Counted from the stretch's first letter, positions 8,084 through 18,919 are shown. The stretch: DNA of 64,000 nucleotides from Candidatus Latescibacterota bacterium (GCA_965217585.1 OZ244561.1:6848001-6912000), one strand, 5' to 3'. Made by a program: numbers and translations. The notes: generated from the letters alone by a model not told the origin.

Positions 8084-9481
8084 TCACGGGCTAGCGTAAT
8101 CCGGCCCGCCGACCGGCCCCAGCAGCGCGCGATTTTCCTCGGGCGTCTCCACCTCGTCGAGAAAGTCCACCAGCGCCTTTTGCATCCGCTGTGCCACCGC
8201 CGGATGCTCACCGATCACATTCTGCTGCTGCTGAGGGTCGGCCTGCATGTCGTACAGCTCGGGCGCGCCGCCGTGCTCCCCATACGCCAGGTAGGTCCAG
8301 CGCTCGTCGGTCACGGTCGGCCCGCCATTGCGGATAAAGGTCGAGCTGAAGGCGTACTGCCGCGGCCACGCTGCCGATCCGGTCAACAGCGGCACGAGCG
8401 AGTGCCCGTGCATCGCTAGGTCGCTCTTTTCCACGCCAGCTAAAGCCATCAGCGTCGGCAGCAAATCCACGGATTGCGTCAATGCGCTCACCCGCCGTCC
8501 GCCCGCGACCTCGGGGGCGGCGATCATCAGCGGGATGTGGCTGATCTCTTCGTACAGGGGCCAGACGCGCTCGTCCTCAGCGTGGATGTTGGACTTGCCC
8601 GTGCGGTTGTGCTCGCCGACGAACATGCCGTGATCCGAGGTAAAGACCACCACACTGTTGTCGAATAGCCCGAGCTCTTCAATTTTGTCCAACACGTAGC
8701 CGATCCACTTGTTGACCAAGTAAATCTCAGCCGCGTAGTGAGCTTGGAGATTGGCCAGCTCTTCTTGGGTATAGGCGGTCGCCGGGCCGTAGTTCGGGTG
8801 GATCATCGGCGGGCCGTCGTATCCCGATGAGTCGTAGCGGCCCACGAGATGTTCCGGTGGGTCCCACGGCTCGTGCGCGTCGAAAAAATCCACCCACAGC
8901 AAGAACGGCTCGCAGCCGCGATTTTCCTCCAGCCAGCGGCTCGCTGTCTGCGCCGTGCGCACGCAGAAGCGGTCCTCCTCCCAAGCCCAGTCGCGGTTGG
9001 TCCACGCATGCAGGGTCGCCAAGTTGCCAAAGCGCGTGTTCGCCAGATGCGGATCGACGCGCGTCTTCGCCCCGTCCACCTCCATGCGCGGCGGCAGATC
9101 GCCCTTCAACAGCGGCTTGTCCCCTTCCTGGCCGCGAATCCAATACGCCCCGTCAAACCCCCGGTCAAAATGGTGGACGCCCTTCATCAGATGCGGCGTG
9201 TCGCAGATAAGCTGGCTCTGATAGCTGTCCGCACCAAAAATCGTACTCAGCACCGGGATACCTGTGTCGAGGGCTTTCCAGCCGTGGAACGGAAAGCTGT
9301 AGCGGCCAGTAAAGAGGTCGGTGCGGTTGGGGATGGTCGGAAAGCTCGACAGATAGTGCCGGTCGCAGCACACCGCCCGCTCGGCAAAGCGATCGAGCGC
9401 CGCCGTGCCGATCCACGCATTGCCGTTGCACCCCAGATAGTCGTAGCGAAAGGTGTCGCTGACCAAGACGATGATGTTCAT
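8084..9481 (-). CDS. Sulfatase-like hydrolase (alkaline phosphatase superfamily)
   Basis: MNIIVLVSDT start; FPTIPNRTDLFTG; FFDAHEPWDPP; FTSDHG; ELYD...DP. Confidence 0.9.
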   Translation of the reverse strand: MNIIVLVSDTFRYDYLGCNGNAWIGTAALDRFAERAVCCDRHYLSSFPTIPNRTDLFTGRYSFPFHGWKALDTGIPVLSTIFGADSYQSQLICDTPHLMKGVHHFDRGFDGAYWIRGQEGDKPLLKGDLPPRMEVDGAKTRVDPHLANTRFGNLATLHAWTNRDWAWEEDRFCVRTAQTASRWLEENRGCEPFLLWVDFFDAHEPWDPPEHLVGRYDSSGYDGPPMIHPNYGPATAYTQEELANLQAHYAAEIYLVNKWIGYVLDKIEELGLFDNSVVVFTSDHGMFVGEHNRTGKSNIHAEDERVWPLYEEISHIPLMIAAPEVAGGRRVSALTQSVDLLPTLMALAGVEKSDLAMHGHSLVPLLTGSAAWPRQYAFSSTFIRNGGPTVTDERWTYLAYGEHGGAPELYDMQADPQQQQNVIGEHPAVAQRMQKALVDFLDEVETPEENRALLGPVGGPDYASP

Positions 9482-9510
9482 AAGAAATCTGCTCCTTGTA
9501 TTTTTGCGCC

Positions 9511-10404
9511 TCACTGCGTCAGCGTGTGGCGCAACGCGCCCTCCAATTCAGGGTGCGCGAACTCGAAGCCCGCCTCCAACAGCCGCGTCGGCCGCACCCG
9601 CTGGCTGGCCAGCAACCCCTCCTCGGCCAACTCGCCCAAGAGCAGCTTGGCCGCAAACGCCGGCAGCGGCAACAGCGTCGGCCGCCGCAACACGCGCCCC
9701 AGCGTCCGCGTCAGCTCGGCATTGGTCACCGGCTGCGGCGCGGTCAGGTTCACCGGCCCGCGCAAGGCGTCGTTTTCCACGGCGTAGATCAGCGCCGCCA
9801 CTGCGTCCTCCAAGCTAATCCAGCTAACGTACTGCCGGCCATCGCCGATCTTGCCACCCACCCCTAGGCGGAAGGGCAACAGCATCTTGGCCAGCGCCCC
9901 GCCCCGACGACTCATGACGATCCCCAAGCGGGCCTGCACGACGCGGATACCAGCCTCGGCGGCCCCGGCGCTCGCCCCTTCCCACGCTCGGCCCAACTCG
10001 GCCAAAAATCCCTCACCAGTGTCGCTTTCCTCGTCCAACTCCTCGTCGCGCCGATTACCGTAAATACCGACGGCCGACGCGCAGATCAGCACCTGCGGCG
10101 GCGCGGCCAATTCCGCCAAGCGCGTAGCGAGTAGCTGCGTCGTCTGCACCCGGCTCTGGCGCAACTGCGCCTTGACAGTTGCAGTCCAGCGCCCGGCGGC
10201 GATGTTCCGCCCCCCTAAATGCACCGCCGCCTCTACCCCCTCCAAGCCCTCTTGCTCCAGCTCGCCGGCTTCTGGATCCCAGCGCAACTCTCCTTGCGCC
10301 GCCTGCCGCCGCACCAAGCGCACCACCTCGTGCCCTTCGCGCTCCAACTGGCTACAGAGCGCCGTACCGATCAAGCCGCTACTGCCCGCTACCAATATCT
10401 TCAC
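9511..10404 (-). CDS. TIGR01777/YfcH-family NAD-dependent epimerase-like oxidoreductase
   Basis: GSSGLIG Rossmann motif; SAVGIYG; GDGRQYVSWI; ASQRVRP C-terminal motif; AGGAG RBS. Confidence 0.9.
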   Translation of the reverse strand: MKILVAGSSGLIGTALCSQLEREGHEVVRLVRRQAAQGELRWDPEAGELEQEGLEGVEAAVHLGGRNIAAGRWTATVKAQLRQSRVQTTQLLATRLAELAAPPQVLICASAVGIYGNRRDEELDEESDTGEGFLAELGRAWEGASAGAAEAGIRVVQARLGIVMSRRGGALAKMLLPFRLGVGGKIGDGRQYVSWISLEDAVAALIYAVENDALRGPVNLTAPQPVTNAELTRTLGRVLRRPTLLPLPAFAAKLLLGELAEEGLLASQRVRPTRLLEAGFEFAHPELEGALRHTLTQ

Positions 10405-10433
10405 TAGCTCCTCCTCTTGGAATCACTGCTACT

Positions 10434-10461
10434 AAAACGCATCCTTGCGCCCGATACAAGG
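10434..10461 (+). repeat. 28-bp direct repeat, left copy
   Basis: aaaacgcatccttgcgcccgatacaagg; 26/28 identical to 23232-23259. Confidence 0.8.
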
Positions 10462-10487
10462 GTTGCAGGGCTAGGGGAGTCGCAGCA

Positions 10488-12182
10488 TCACCATGCCCCT
10501 ACACCGCGGCCTTCAGTCCGGCTGTCGCCAATGGCTTCGAGTACGCCGCTGGCGGGGTAGATGCGGATTAGGCTGAAATTGCCTGCCCAGCCGCCGACCT
10601 GCACTGGCTGTCCCCGGGCCGCTAAGCCGCGCGCGACCTCTGCGGGCGTGCCCTCCTCAATGGCCAGCCGCGCTTCCTTTGACCTGAGCTTGGGCCCGTG
10701 ATAACGCCAGCGGGGCTCGGCCACGGCTGCGGCCGCGGGCATGTTGCCGTCAATCATGTTGGTGATGACCTGCAAGTTCCACTGCACCTGCCCGTAATCG
10801 CCCGGGGTGCCGCCCACCAAGATGGGCTCGCCGTCCTCGACCAAGATGAAGCTGTTGAGGGTAAACAGGGGTCTCTTGCCGCCGGCCAGCACATTCGGGC
10901 TGTGCGGATCCAAGCTGAAATCAGTCATCCGGTTGTTCATGAATATCCCCGTACCTTCGGGTATGACCGCGGCCCCGAAGCCGTTCCACAAACTCTGCAC
11001 AACCGAGACCAAATTGCCCTCTCCGTCCGCCACCGCGTAGGTCGTGGTATCGCCGCCGCGTTTTTTAGGCTGCCCCGCGGGAATTCCGCCCAAGGTGCTG
11101 CGCATGGATATATCCGCACGCCGTTCTTGGGCGTACTCCTTGGACAGCAGACGCTCCATGGGCACATCGACGAAATCCGGGTCGCCGGCAAAGGCGTAGC
11201 GGTCGGCAAAGGCCAACTTCATGGATTCCACCAAGGCGTGTATCCCATCGACCGAACGCGGTCCCATTTGCGGCAGATCGTAGCCCTCGGCGATGTTGAG
11301 GGCTTCGAGGAGCAGAAACCCCTGGGATACCAGCGGCTGCTCGTACACAGTGTAACCGCGGTACGTGGTCGCGATCGGTTCCATGAGGCGGGCCGGGTAC
11401 TCCCGGAAGTCTTCTTCGGTGAAGTAGCCGTCACCTCGCTGCGATTGGGCCAAGATCGCCGCGGCGATTTCCCCACGATAAAAGCTATCTCTCCCCCCTT
11501 CGGCTACGTGGCGCAAGGTTCGCGCCAAGTCGGGTTGGCTGAAGGAAGCGCCGATCCCCGGTGGCTGGCCCCCAGCGCCGGCCAAAAAGCGCGCTACTGA
11601 TCTGGGGAAGATCGACTCGAACCCAGCATAGCTCTTCACTCTCCGGGCAAACCAGGGCGCCACCGGCATCCGCTCAGCCAACTCAATGGCCGGCTGCAGC
11701 ACTTGGCGCAGCGACATGGTGCCGTATTCCTCGAGCATCAATGCATAGGCATCGATTTCTCCCGGCACCAAGGCCGCCGCCATCCCGCGCTGTGGCACGC
11801 CCTCCGGCACAAAGTCCTCCAACTTGGCCTTGCTGGGGGCCGGACCGGTTCCGTTGATGGCCATCACTTTGCCGCTTGCAGCGTGGTAGAGCATGATGAG
11901 GGCATGGCCGCCCAGATGGCTGTTGTCCGGTTCTACCACGTTCATGGCCGCGCCCACCGCCACCGCCGCATCAAAGGCATTGCCGCCCTCCTGGAGCACC
12001 CTCATGCCAGCATTCACGGCGAGCGGATCATTGGCTACCACGGCTCCCCTAGTGCCAAAGGCCACGTGGGGATCACTGCCTTCACAGACCTGAGGTGCGA
12101 CGGACAGGCCGGCGCACAGCCAGAGCAGGGCCAGCAAGTCCGGTCTTGCATTGCGCAGGTTCCACTCCCGGTTCATTCCCAA
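10488..12182 (-). CDS. ggt: Gamma-glutamyltransferase (secreted, Ntn hydrolase)
   Basis: GGNAFDAAVA; GDTTTYAV autoprocessing Thr; PNxLxGGKRP; GTPG; N-terminal signal peptide. Confidence 0.92.
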   Translation of the reverse strand: MGMNREWNLRNARPDLLALLWLCAGLSVAPQVCEGSDPHVAFGTRGAVVANDPLAVNAGMRVLQEGGNAFDAAVAVGAAMNVVEPDNSHLGGHALIMLYHAASGKVMAINGTGPAPSKAKLEDFVPEGVPQRGMAAALVPGEIDAYALMLEEYGTMSLRQVLQPAIELAERMPVAPWFARRVKSYAGFESIFPRSVARFLAGAGGQPPGIGASFSQPDLARTLRHVAEGGRDSFYRGEIAAAILAQSQRGDGYFTEEDFREYPARLMEPIATTYRGYTVYEQPLVSQGFLLLEALNIAEGYDLPQMGPRSVDGIHALVESMKLAFADRYAFAGDPDFVDVPMERLLSKEYAQERRADISMRSTLGGIPAGQPKKRGGDTTTYAVADGEGNLVSVVQSLWNGFGAAVIPEGTGIFMNNRMTDFSLDPHSPNVLAGGKRPLFTLNSFILVEDGEPILVGGTPGDYGQVQWNLQVITNMIDGNMPAAAAVAEPRWRYHGPKLRSKEARLAIEEGTPAEVARGLAARGQPVQVGGWAGNFSLIRIYPASGVLEAIGDSRTEGRGVGAW

Positions 12183-12185
12183 CTC

Positions 12186-13850
12186 CTAATTTTCAGTTTT
12201 TTCCAGCCAGCTCATGGCCTTCAACACTTGGTCGAATACCTGGACATTGGCGCTGTACTTCTCCCTGAGCGCGTGGACGAATGCCACCCGTATACTGTCC
12301 TTCTGCGCGCTCTCCAGCATCAGCTTGGCACGGAGCTTTTGCTTTTTGTCCCAAGCCAGTTGCTTTCTCTCCCTAGAGAGAACCTTGAACACAGAATAGC
12401 CTTCCTCGACCTGTACCGGTCCCACCAGTTCCCCAATCGGGGCCTCCCTGGCGCGGCGAGCCAGTTCACCAAACCTGATGCTTTCGATGCTGTGGAAGTG
12501 GAACACGCCACCCTTTCCCTCGCTTGTCTGGCGCTTTGTGTACTGGTCCGCCAGTTCGCTCATTTTCTCTCCGGCATGGATTCGCGCTTTCAACTCCAGT
12601 GCCAGTTCCGCCTCGGCGACGAGAATTTCCTGTACTGTGATTTCCGCCGCCGTCCGGAACCACTCCGGGTGCGTTTCGTAGAATCGCCGCGCCTTCTCGT
12701 CATCTATGGGACGCGCTCGCGATAACTCTTTGGCCAGCATGATTTCGACCAGTTTCTCTTCGCTGCGTCCCCGCAACTCGGCTGCGATCGCACTTACCAT
12801 CCCCTTGGTCTCGGCCTCCTGCAGGATCAATAGCTGGGGGACGACATGGCTCTCCAGCAATTGTGCGACTCTAGCGCTGTCCGCGGGCCCTCCGAGATTG
12901 CCCTTGGCCGCTCCTAGCTCAACACAGGCCTGTCTCACGGTCAGGGTATCTTTTCTTATCCTCAACACCCCCGCATCGCCCTCCGCGCCTCCATCCTTGG
13001 AGCTTCTACAACTGCCGGCAGCGTCGTAGCACAGAGCATTCCAGCCCTCTGTAATAGGCTCTACATCGCATTTTTCGCGCAAACTGTCCGCCAGGGTGTG
13101 GAAGACCTCCCTCATCCTTCTGGCGTAGAGTTCCGCGTAGACATCATCCCGCACCGCGGAAAAGCCTGCTCGCCTAGTATCGACTGCCTGGTACACCCCG
13201 TACTTGCCACCCAGTTCAAATACATCGGAGACCTCGAGTTTGTCCAGTTCGCCGGCCAACCACCTCACCTCAGGGCGCATCCTGTACTGGACGATGTAGT
13301 CCCTATTGTAGTGGCACTCTCCACCCTCCAGTTTACCCGCGACTAGCTCATTTCCGCCGGTGCAATCCTCCCACTTAAATTCGCCTTTGAACAACGCCTC
13401 CCGGTAGCTTTGCGCCGCGCTTCGCGCAGTGAAGAGGAGCACGCCCAACTGCACTGCCCTGTCGCACTGAGTGCTCTCGCAGTAGCGACGCAACTCCGCG
13501 TCGCCAATTTCCAGCGCCGGCCCCGCACTGGCCTCCACCACCTTCCAAATCGCCGGATTGTGCACGGTCTGTCGGTGCCACCTCAGGTAGTCCAGATCGT
13601 CCTCTAGGTTTCTGGCGCGGGCCTCGTGCACCAGTAACTTCCGGTCGATCAGAGGCTGGAGGTATTCGCGCGGCCGATCCCCGGCCGCTCCGGAGACCCT
13701 CAGCTCCTCCGGCAGGTTGTGCACGTAGCGCCGCACCTGCTCCGCAGTAATCGGCTCCTCGAAAACCCTCGCCGCCACATTCTCCTGTGGCATATTGCGG
13801 CTGCAGGCGACCGTGCTGAAGAGCAGCAACATGAGCCTGGACAAGACCAT
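12186..13850 (-). CDS. Lipoprotein peptidyl-prolyl isomerase (parvulin/PrsA/SurA-like, two tandem units)
   Basis: Lipobox-like STVAC; C-terminal parvulin-like domain (EILV...A..GE.M.ELA.QY...GPVQVEEGYSVFKV). Confidence 0.8.
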   Translation of the reverse strand: MVLSRLMLLLFSTVACSRNMPQENVAARVFEEPITAEQVRRYVHNLPEELRVSGAAGDRPREYLQPLIDRKLLVHEARARNLEDDLDYLRWHRQTVHNPAIWKVVEASAGPALEIGDAELRRYCESTQCDRAVQLGVLLFTARSAAQSYREALFKGEFKWEDCTGGNELVAGKLEGGECHYNRDYIVQYRMRPEVRWLAGELDKLEVSDVFELGGKYGVYQAVDTRRAGFSAVRDDVYAELYARRMREVFHTLADSLREKCDVEPITEGWNALCYDAAGSCRSSKDGGAEGDAGVLRIRKDTLTVRQACVELGAAKGNLGGPADSARVAQLLESHVVPQLLILQEAETKGMVSAIAAELRGRSEEKLVEIMLAKELSRARPIDDEKARRFYETHPEWFRTAAEITVQEILVAEAELALELKARIHAGEKMSELADQYTKRQTSEGKGGVFHFHSIESIRFGELARRAREAPIGELVGPVQVEEGYSVFKVLSRERKQLAWDKKQKLRAKLMLESAQKDSIRVAFVHALREKYSANVQVFDQVLKAMSWLEKTEN

Positions 13851-16472
13851 TTACTCCAAACCGGCAAAGATGCGCACGAACGCCAGTGCATTGGCCTTGC
13901 GCCGGCCGTCTTTGAACTCCACGCCCTGCCTCATACCCACTTCGGAGATCAGGCGGTAGCCTTGATAGTCGGATGCGGAGGTGAATTGCACCACGTAATT
14001 GAAGGCGCTCAGATCATCATCCTCTTTGCCAAAGTCCTGAAATATCAGGTACTCCATGCCGGCTTCAAGGCGGCTATTATCCAGCGCGGGCACCCTTGCG
14101 AGCATGGATACAATTTCCTGTAGCTCATGCCGTTCTCGCGCGCCTTTTTTGAAGCCGGTATCATACAAATACATGCTCTTGATCCTCGGCTCGACGGCCA
14201 GACCGGCGCCGATAGGTAGGGTGTAATTCGCCCGGTTGACCACTCCGAGAAAGGTCGAACGATCCTGCAGATCTGCGAATTCTCTCCTCTGGTTGTAGAC
14301 CTCGTACTTAAGCCGATTCTGCAGACGGAATCCCGGAATCACATTGTAGTCGTTTTCCAGGTACAGGGTATTGACAAAGGTATCCCTCGCTGCCAACGGG
14401 TCATCAAACGGAACCAGTGATTCCTGGGCATTCGGCTCCTGGACCCACTGCAGCAGGTCGTCCCGGATATCGTCTTCGACCCACCTGGCCATGTCGAATA
14501 CGCGCACCTCGCCCCATTGGGGCAGGTCTTTTTGGTAGATAAACATGGCATAGGAACTGACGGCATTTCTGGCGGACGAGATGGTGTTGATATCGGCGCG
14601 TCCCAGCCACAACCTGCCCGAAGGCAGAATCTCGATGGACCAATTTACATTGAAGCCCTGGCGATCCACCTTGTAGGGATAATCGGGCAATTCGTCGTCT
14701 TCAAAGCGGTCGACTACGGTATTGTTGTTCATATCCATGCCAAAGAGAAAACCCGGCGGGTCTACCCCGTGTCGCAAAAAAGGCTCCACGTAATCCGGCT
14801 GGAAATTTCGATTCTGATTGAAATCCGAGACGAAATCGTTGTTCTCGTCGAGGCCCGGGAAAATGCCACGCCCCAAATCCCGGTCATTGCCCGCTCTCTG
14901 ATTCACGGACCTTCGGCGCCAGTCGGGGAACCGGTCCTGGTCGTCGTTGTCGTCGACGAACTCAAAGACTGCTGTACTGGCGTCATCGAAGAACAGCTCC
15001 CCCCGGTCATTTACCAGAAAGGCGCTCGTCGAATAGCGATCACCGAGGCTGTAGACCTCACCGTAGGCCGACCAGGGAAAGGTATTGTACTCGGCGATCA
15101 GGAAGAAGGCTTCTGATTTGTCCGTTGCCAGCTCGTGCTCTGTGGGCCCGATCTCGGGGTCGGGATTCGGAAATCTCCTGTGTCGCCGGTTGAAGGCGAT
15201 TTCTCCCTGCAATCTGACCCCCCCCAGATCCACCAAGTCCAGGGTTGCGCCGAACACTTCGTTGCCTGTCGGAAGTCCGTATTCAAAGGCCACGACCCGC
15301 ATATTGGTGCCATCGCGCACATTCCCCTTGGCCCGTGCCACCTGGAGAAAGATCGGATCTCCTCTTCGATTCAACTGCACATTGGAACTGACCGCGACCC
15401 TGTAGTCGTTGGCCAGCACCAGCTCAAATTCGACCTTCCTGAACGAGATGATGTCCACGACCTGATCCTCGTCGTCGAAATAGGTGAATTGACTCAAGTC
15501 GTATATGAGCAGGATCTGCTCTCCGCCGCTGGCCTCTAGCCTTCCAGACCGCCTAGTCCCACCGCGGATGAGCGGCGCAATTTCCGCCCTGCGGCCATCG
15601 ACGATGATCTGCTCTGAAATCAGCACGCCGCCGCCGCTGCCGTCCTCCGGCGAGTCGTCCGCTATCCTGACGGTGATTTCACTGGCCCGGGTGCTGTTCT
15701 GGGCTTGACTCAGAATGCCCGCAAGAGAGTTGTTCGACAGGTCCGCCACCGAGTTTGCCGTGAAGCCCGATACATAGGTGGCACCGAGCTTGAGAAAGTC
15801 GCCGACCTGAGTCGTCCCACGCAGACCGAGCAGATTGCCGAAATCCGAGGCGGTTTCGGGGGGTGCGAAGTCATCGAAACGTATGAGACCCGGATCACTG
15901 GTTCGGGAAAGCAGCAGGGTGAGTTCGTATTTATCGGCAAGGAAGTCCCACTGGACCCCGTTGAAGGTGGGCTTGGAAAACGTCAGGGGTGTGAGCGTAG
16001 TGCGAATCTCGTCACCGATCGTAATGGCAGTATGGTACTGCCCTTTCGAGGTCGCCGCGACCACCAGACTGTTGAACCACGCATTGAACCTCGGATTCTT
16101 GAAGACCCGGCTGCCGAATTCGCCTGCGTGCTCCTGTTCCCAGTCGTAGATCTTCCATCCCCGGGTTATGTAATTGCCATAGGTATCGTAGAATTGAAAC
16201 CCTTCCAGATTGATGTCTACGTACCTCATGTACTGTTCTTTGGCGTAGTTGCTGTACTCCCATTGCCGCCAGCCGAATTCGTAGAACAACTCCTGCGGCC
16301 GGTACCACTTCCTATGGTAGGGCTGCACGGCCCCGAATTCTACGGTAGGGCCGATCAATTCAAAGCTGCCTTTCGGGCTTCGGGGTTGAGCCCAACTCGG
16401 GGTTGATAGCAGCGCCAATGCCAGCGCGGGGAGCATACTTGTCCTAAGAGGGCTTCTAAAGGCGAGTACCAT
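13851..16472 (-). CDS. Large hypothetical protein, probable outer-membrane beta-barrel with Ca-binding loops
   Basis: Signal peptide; alternating aromatic strands in the C-terminal third ending AFVRIFAGLE; DDNDDQD, DENNDFVSD and DMNNNTVVD loops. Confidence 0.7.
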   Translation of the reverse strand: MVLAFRSPLRTSMLPALALALLSTPSWAQPRSPKGSFELIGPTVEFGAVQPYHRKWYRPQELFYEFGWRQWEYSNYAKEQYMRYVDINLEGFQFYDTYGNYITRGWKIYDWEQEHAGEFGSRVFKNPRFNAWFNSLVVAATSKGQYHTAITIGDEIRTTLTPLTFSKPTFNGVQWDFLADKYELTLLLSRTSDPGLIRFDDFAPPETASDFGNLLGLRGTTQVGDFLKLGATYVSGFTANSVADLSNNSLAGILSQAQNSTRASEITVRIADDSPEDGSGGGVLISEQIIVDGRRAEIAPLIRGGTRRSGRLEASGGEQILLIYDLSQFTYFDDEDQVVDIISFRKVEFELVLANDYRVAVSSNVQLNRRGDPIFLQVARAKGNVRDGTNMRVVAFEYGLPTGNEVFGATLDLVDLGGVRLQGEIAFNRRHRRFPNPDPEIGPTEHELATDKSEAFFLIAEYNTFPWSAYGEVYSLGDRYSTSAFLVNDRGELFFDDASTAVFEFVDDNDDQDRFPDWRRRSVNQRAGNDRDLGRGIFPGLDENNDFVSDFNQNRNFQPDYVEPFLRHGVDPPGFLFGMDMNNNTVVDRFEDDELPDYPYKVDRQGFNVNWSIEILPSGRLWLGRADINTISSARNAVSSYAMFIYQKDLPQWGEVRVFDMARWVEDDIRDDLLQWVQEPNAQESLVPFDDPLAARDTFVNTLYLENDYNVIPGFRLQNRLKYEVYNQRREFADLQDRSTFLGVVNRANYTLPIGAGLAVEPRIKSMYLYDTGFKKGARERHELQEIVSMLARVPALDNSRLEAGMEYLIFQDFGKEDDDLSAFNYVVQFTSASDYQGYRLISEVGMRQGVEFKDGRRKANALAFVRIFAGLE

Positions 16473-16523
16473 GAATCCACACCTTTCTCATTTGGGCCGG
16501 CCAAACCTCTGCCGTCGCAACAC

Positions 16524-18905
16524 TTAGTACGCGACCCCGACGGTTCGCACCACCCTGTCGTCCCCTTCATCTCCCTGTACATGGACCTCGCACACGTACA
16601 AGCCCGGACTGACCAGCCTGCCGCTGTCGTCTCTCCCATCCCACACCACCCCTCGGTACTCACCGGCTAGGCCTCCCTCGCTGAATACCTCTCGCACCAC
16701 AGCGCCCGAAAGCCGGTACACTCTGACCCTGATCTGGCGGGGAATCATCACCTTTACAATGGTGAAGCTCAACTCGAGATCGTCGTCCACTCCATCGCCA
16801 TTGGGGGTCAATATCCGGCGCGAGAACGCCACATCCCTTATGAGATCATGGCCTTCGGCCACTCCCTCCAGGCGGATTGCGAGGGCATCTTTCAACGCTT
16901 CGTCCTCCAGCACCCGTTGCCGCACCCCACTACCCAAGGTGCTGTTCTCGGCCCAGACCTGGATTCGGGAGCCGTTCGCGAACACCTTGCCCGACAATAC
17001 CACACGCACGGATTCCCTGCGCACGACCCGGTCGAAGCGCACCCACAGGGAGTCTCCAGCTCCACTGAATTGTAAGGCCGCAATTGCTCCGCGGTCCCGG
17101 TTGACCTCGACGAATTCTGGTTGCCAGACCCCCCGTATCAACACGCCATCGAGTCCGCGCGCGGCCCCTCCTGTCGCCTGCTTCAAGGTGACGAAAAAGG
17201 TATCTCGCTTTCCGGGCACGACGGCTCTGGGCTCAATCTGTCCTTCGATCTTCTGCGCCAGGGCGGCCACCGTGTTTAGTTCGATGAAATCGAGTGCCGG
17301 ACTCACGGCCGGATCGGTGGAACTCAACTGAGCTTCGATCTGGACGAAACGGCGAGGACTCGGCGACAGGAACTCGCCCCCGGAGTACTCGTAGGGTTCG
17401 CTCCAGCCGCTCCAGTCGGGTCCCGGAGAGATTTCTTCCACTATATCGCCCCGGCGAAACTTTGGGGTTTGCTCATAGACGGCCTGCGATACTTCCTCTC
17501 CGTTCTTTTTGAAATAGTGCGACGTTTTCTCTACGCTGCTTCCCGATCGAGTCCGCAGGCGGAAAGAGGTTCCTGCGGGCTCGGTCCCGCCCCAAGTTAG
17601 GGAGGATATGCTTTCCTGCGTGCCCAGATCGATGATCGGCGAGGTCAAAGTCACGCCCGGACTCCTGCCCTCGCCAAAGATCTGCATCTCGAAAATCAGA
17701 CCTCCATTACCGCCGCGCACAAAGTGCTGGTCCTGCGAGGTAAAGCCGTAGAAGTGATGGAGGAGGAGGTAGCGCACCCGCCGGCGCGCAAAGCCGATGT
17801 CGAATTTGAGCAAGCGCGGATTGTTGGCGTTGTTGTTCACATCGGCGACCTGCTCCCATTGCAGATCCCGACCATTCAGGCGCCACACCGAATCTGCGGA
17901 GCGGGTCGTGGTGGTGCCGTCCGAGACGTAGAGGCGGAAGCCGTCCATATCCGTCCTCACGGCCTCCTTGGTACGTCCCAGAACTCTGATCGAATCGACC
18001 CAGAACTGGCTGCCGAGATCCCACTGCAGGAACGAACCAACCCAACCACCCACACCCAAGGGACCGGGCTCGGCCCATGGATCGCCCCTGAGCGGTGTCT
18101 CCCAGCTCGTCCAGAACAGGCCGTCGAATAGATGACTCCCCGGCTGTGCCTTCTCGCCCGATATGGTGAAACCACCCCGTTCCTTGGTGGCGAGGGCGAT
18201 ATTGTCGCCGATCGCATCGACCTCTATCTCGGCCAGCGCCGCGTTTTCCGCCTTTTTGAGGAAGGCGATGCGGATGTACTGGACGACCTTCCCCATTAGT
18301 GGATCACCCGCCCGGTCGCGCTCTTCTAGGTCTATCTGAAACAGGTTCTCTCGATGGTCCTTTTTCGTCTCGTATATCAGCTCAAAGAAGAGATTCTCGA
18401 GCTGGCTGAACTCAAAGCGCTTGCGTCCATCGGAAACAAATATCTTGAACTGCGGGAAAGGAACCCGGTCTGCGGGAAAGATCAGCCTCAGCGCTGTGGC
18501 CGTGACAGCCCGACCCAAGTCCAGTTCCAGCCACCACTTCTCCACATCGTCGTCTGGGTCGGGTGCCCAGTAGGTGGAGCGTTGTCCATCGATGAGGTTG
18601 CCGGCGTCTCTCGGGTTGCTCCCCACCTCGCGAATACCGCCCTCCTGCGGACGGCCGCCGCGCTCGTACGAGAACTGGGTTGCGTTCAGCGCCGCGTTGA
18701 TCCCTTTGCGGATTCCATCGACCTCGATCCGGCCGTCGGGGGTTATCCTGGAAACACCTGCGGGGATGTCCCAGGTCTTCCACTCCGCGGCCGTGTCCCA
18801 ACGCAGTTCCGCGGCACCGGCATATCCCGCCCACAGGACGCCTCCCACCCAGGCGTAGAGGCAGAGCATGAATAGATACAGAGGTTGATTCGCGTTGCCG
18901 ACCAT
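16524..18905 (-). CDS. Secreted discoidin-like protein with TPNGDG/FlgD-Ig C-terminal domain
   Basis: Signal peptide; LIDG..TYW...ELDLG discoidin motifs; tail ILTPNGDGVDD...WDGRD...PGLY...VAY. Confidence 0.85.
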   Translation of the reverse strand: MVGNANQPLYLFMLCLYAWVGGVLWAGYAGAAELRWDTAAEWKTWDIPAGVSRITPDGRIEVDGIRKGINAALNATQFSYERGGRPQEGGIREVGSNPRDAGNLIDGQRSTYWAPDPDDDVEKWWLELDLGRAVTATALRLIFPADRVPFPQFKIFVSDGRKRFEFSQLENLFFELIYETKKDHRENLFQIDLEERDRAGDPLMGKVVQYIRIAFLKKAENAALAEIEVDAIGDNIALATKERGGFTISGEKAQPGSHLFDGLFWTSWETPLRGDPWAEPGPLGVGGWVGSFLQWDLGSQFWVDSIRVLGRTKEAVRTDMDGFRLYVSDGTTTTRSADSVWRLNGRDLQWEQVADVNNNANNPRLLKFDIGFARRRVRYLLLHHFYGFTSQDQHFVRGGNGGLIFEMQIFGEGRSPGVTLTSPIIDLGTQESISSLTWGGTEPAGTSFRLRTRSGSSVEKTSHYFKKNGEEVSQAVYEQTPKFRRGDIVEEISPGPDWSGWSEPYEYSGGEFLSPSPRRFVQIEAQLSSTDPAVSPALDFIELNTVAALAQKIEGQIEPRAVVPGKRDTFFVTLKQATGGAARGLDGVLIRGVWQPEFVEVNRDRGAIAALQFSGAGDSLWVRFDRVVRRESVRVVLSGKVFANGSRIQVWAENSTLGSGVRQRVLEDEALKDALAIRLEGVAEGHDLIRDVAFSRRILTPNGDGVDDDLELSFTIVKVMIPRQIRVRVYRLSGAVVREVFSEGGLAGEYRGVVWDGRDDSGRLVSPGLYVCEVHVQGDEGDDRVVRTVGVAY

Positions 18906-18919
18906 TTTGCCACCACCTC

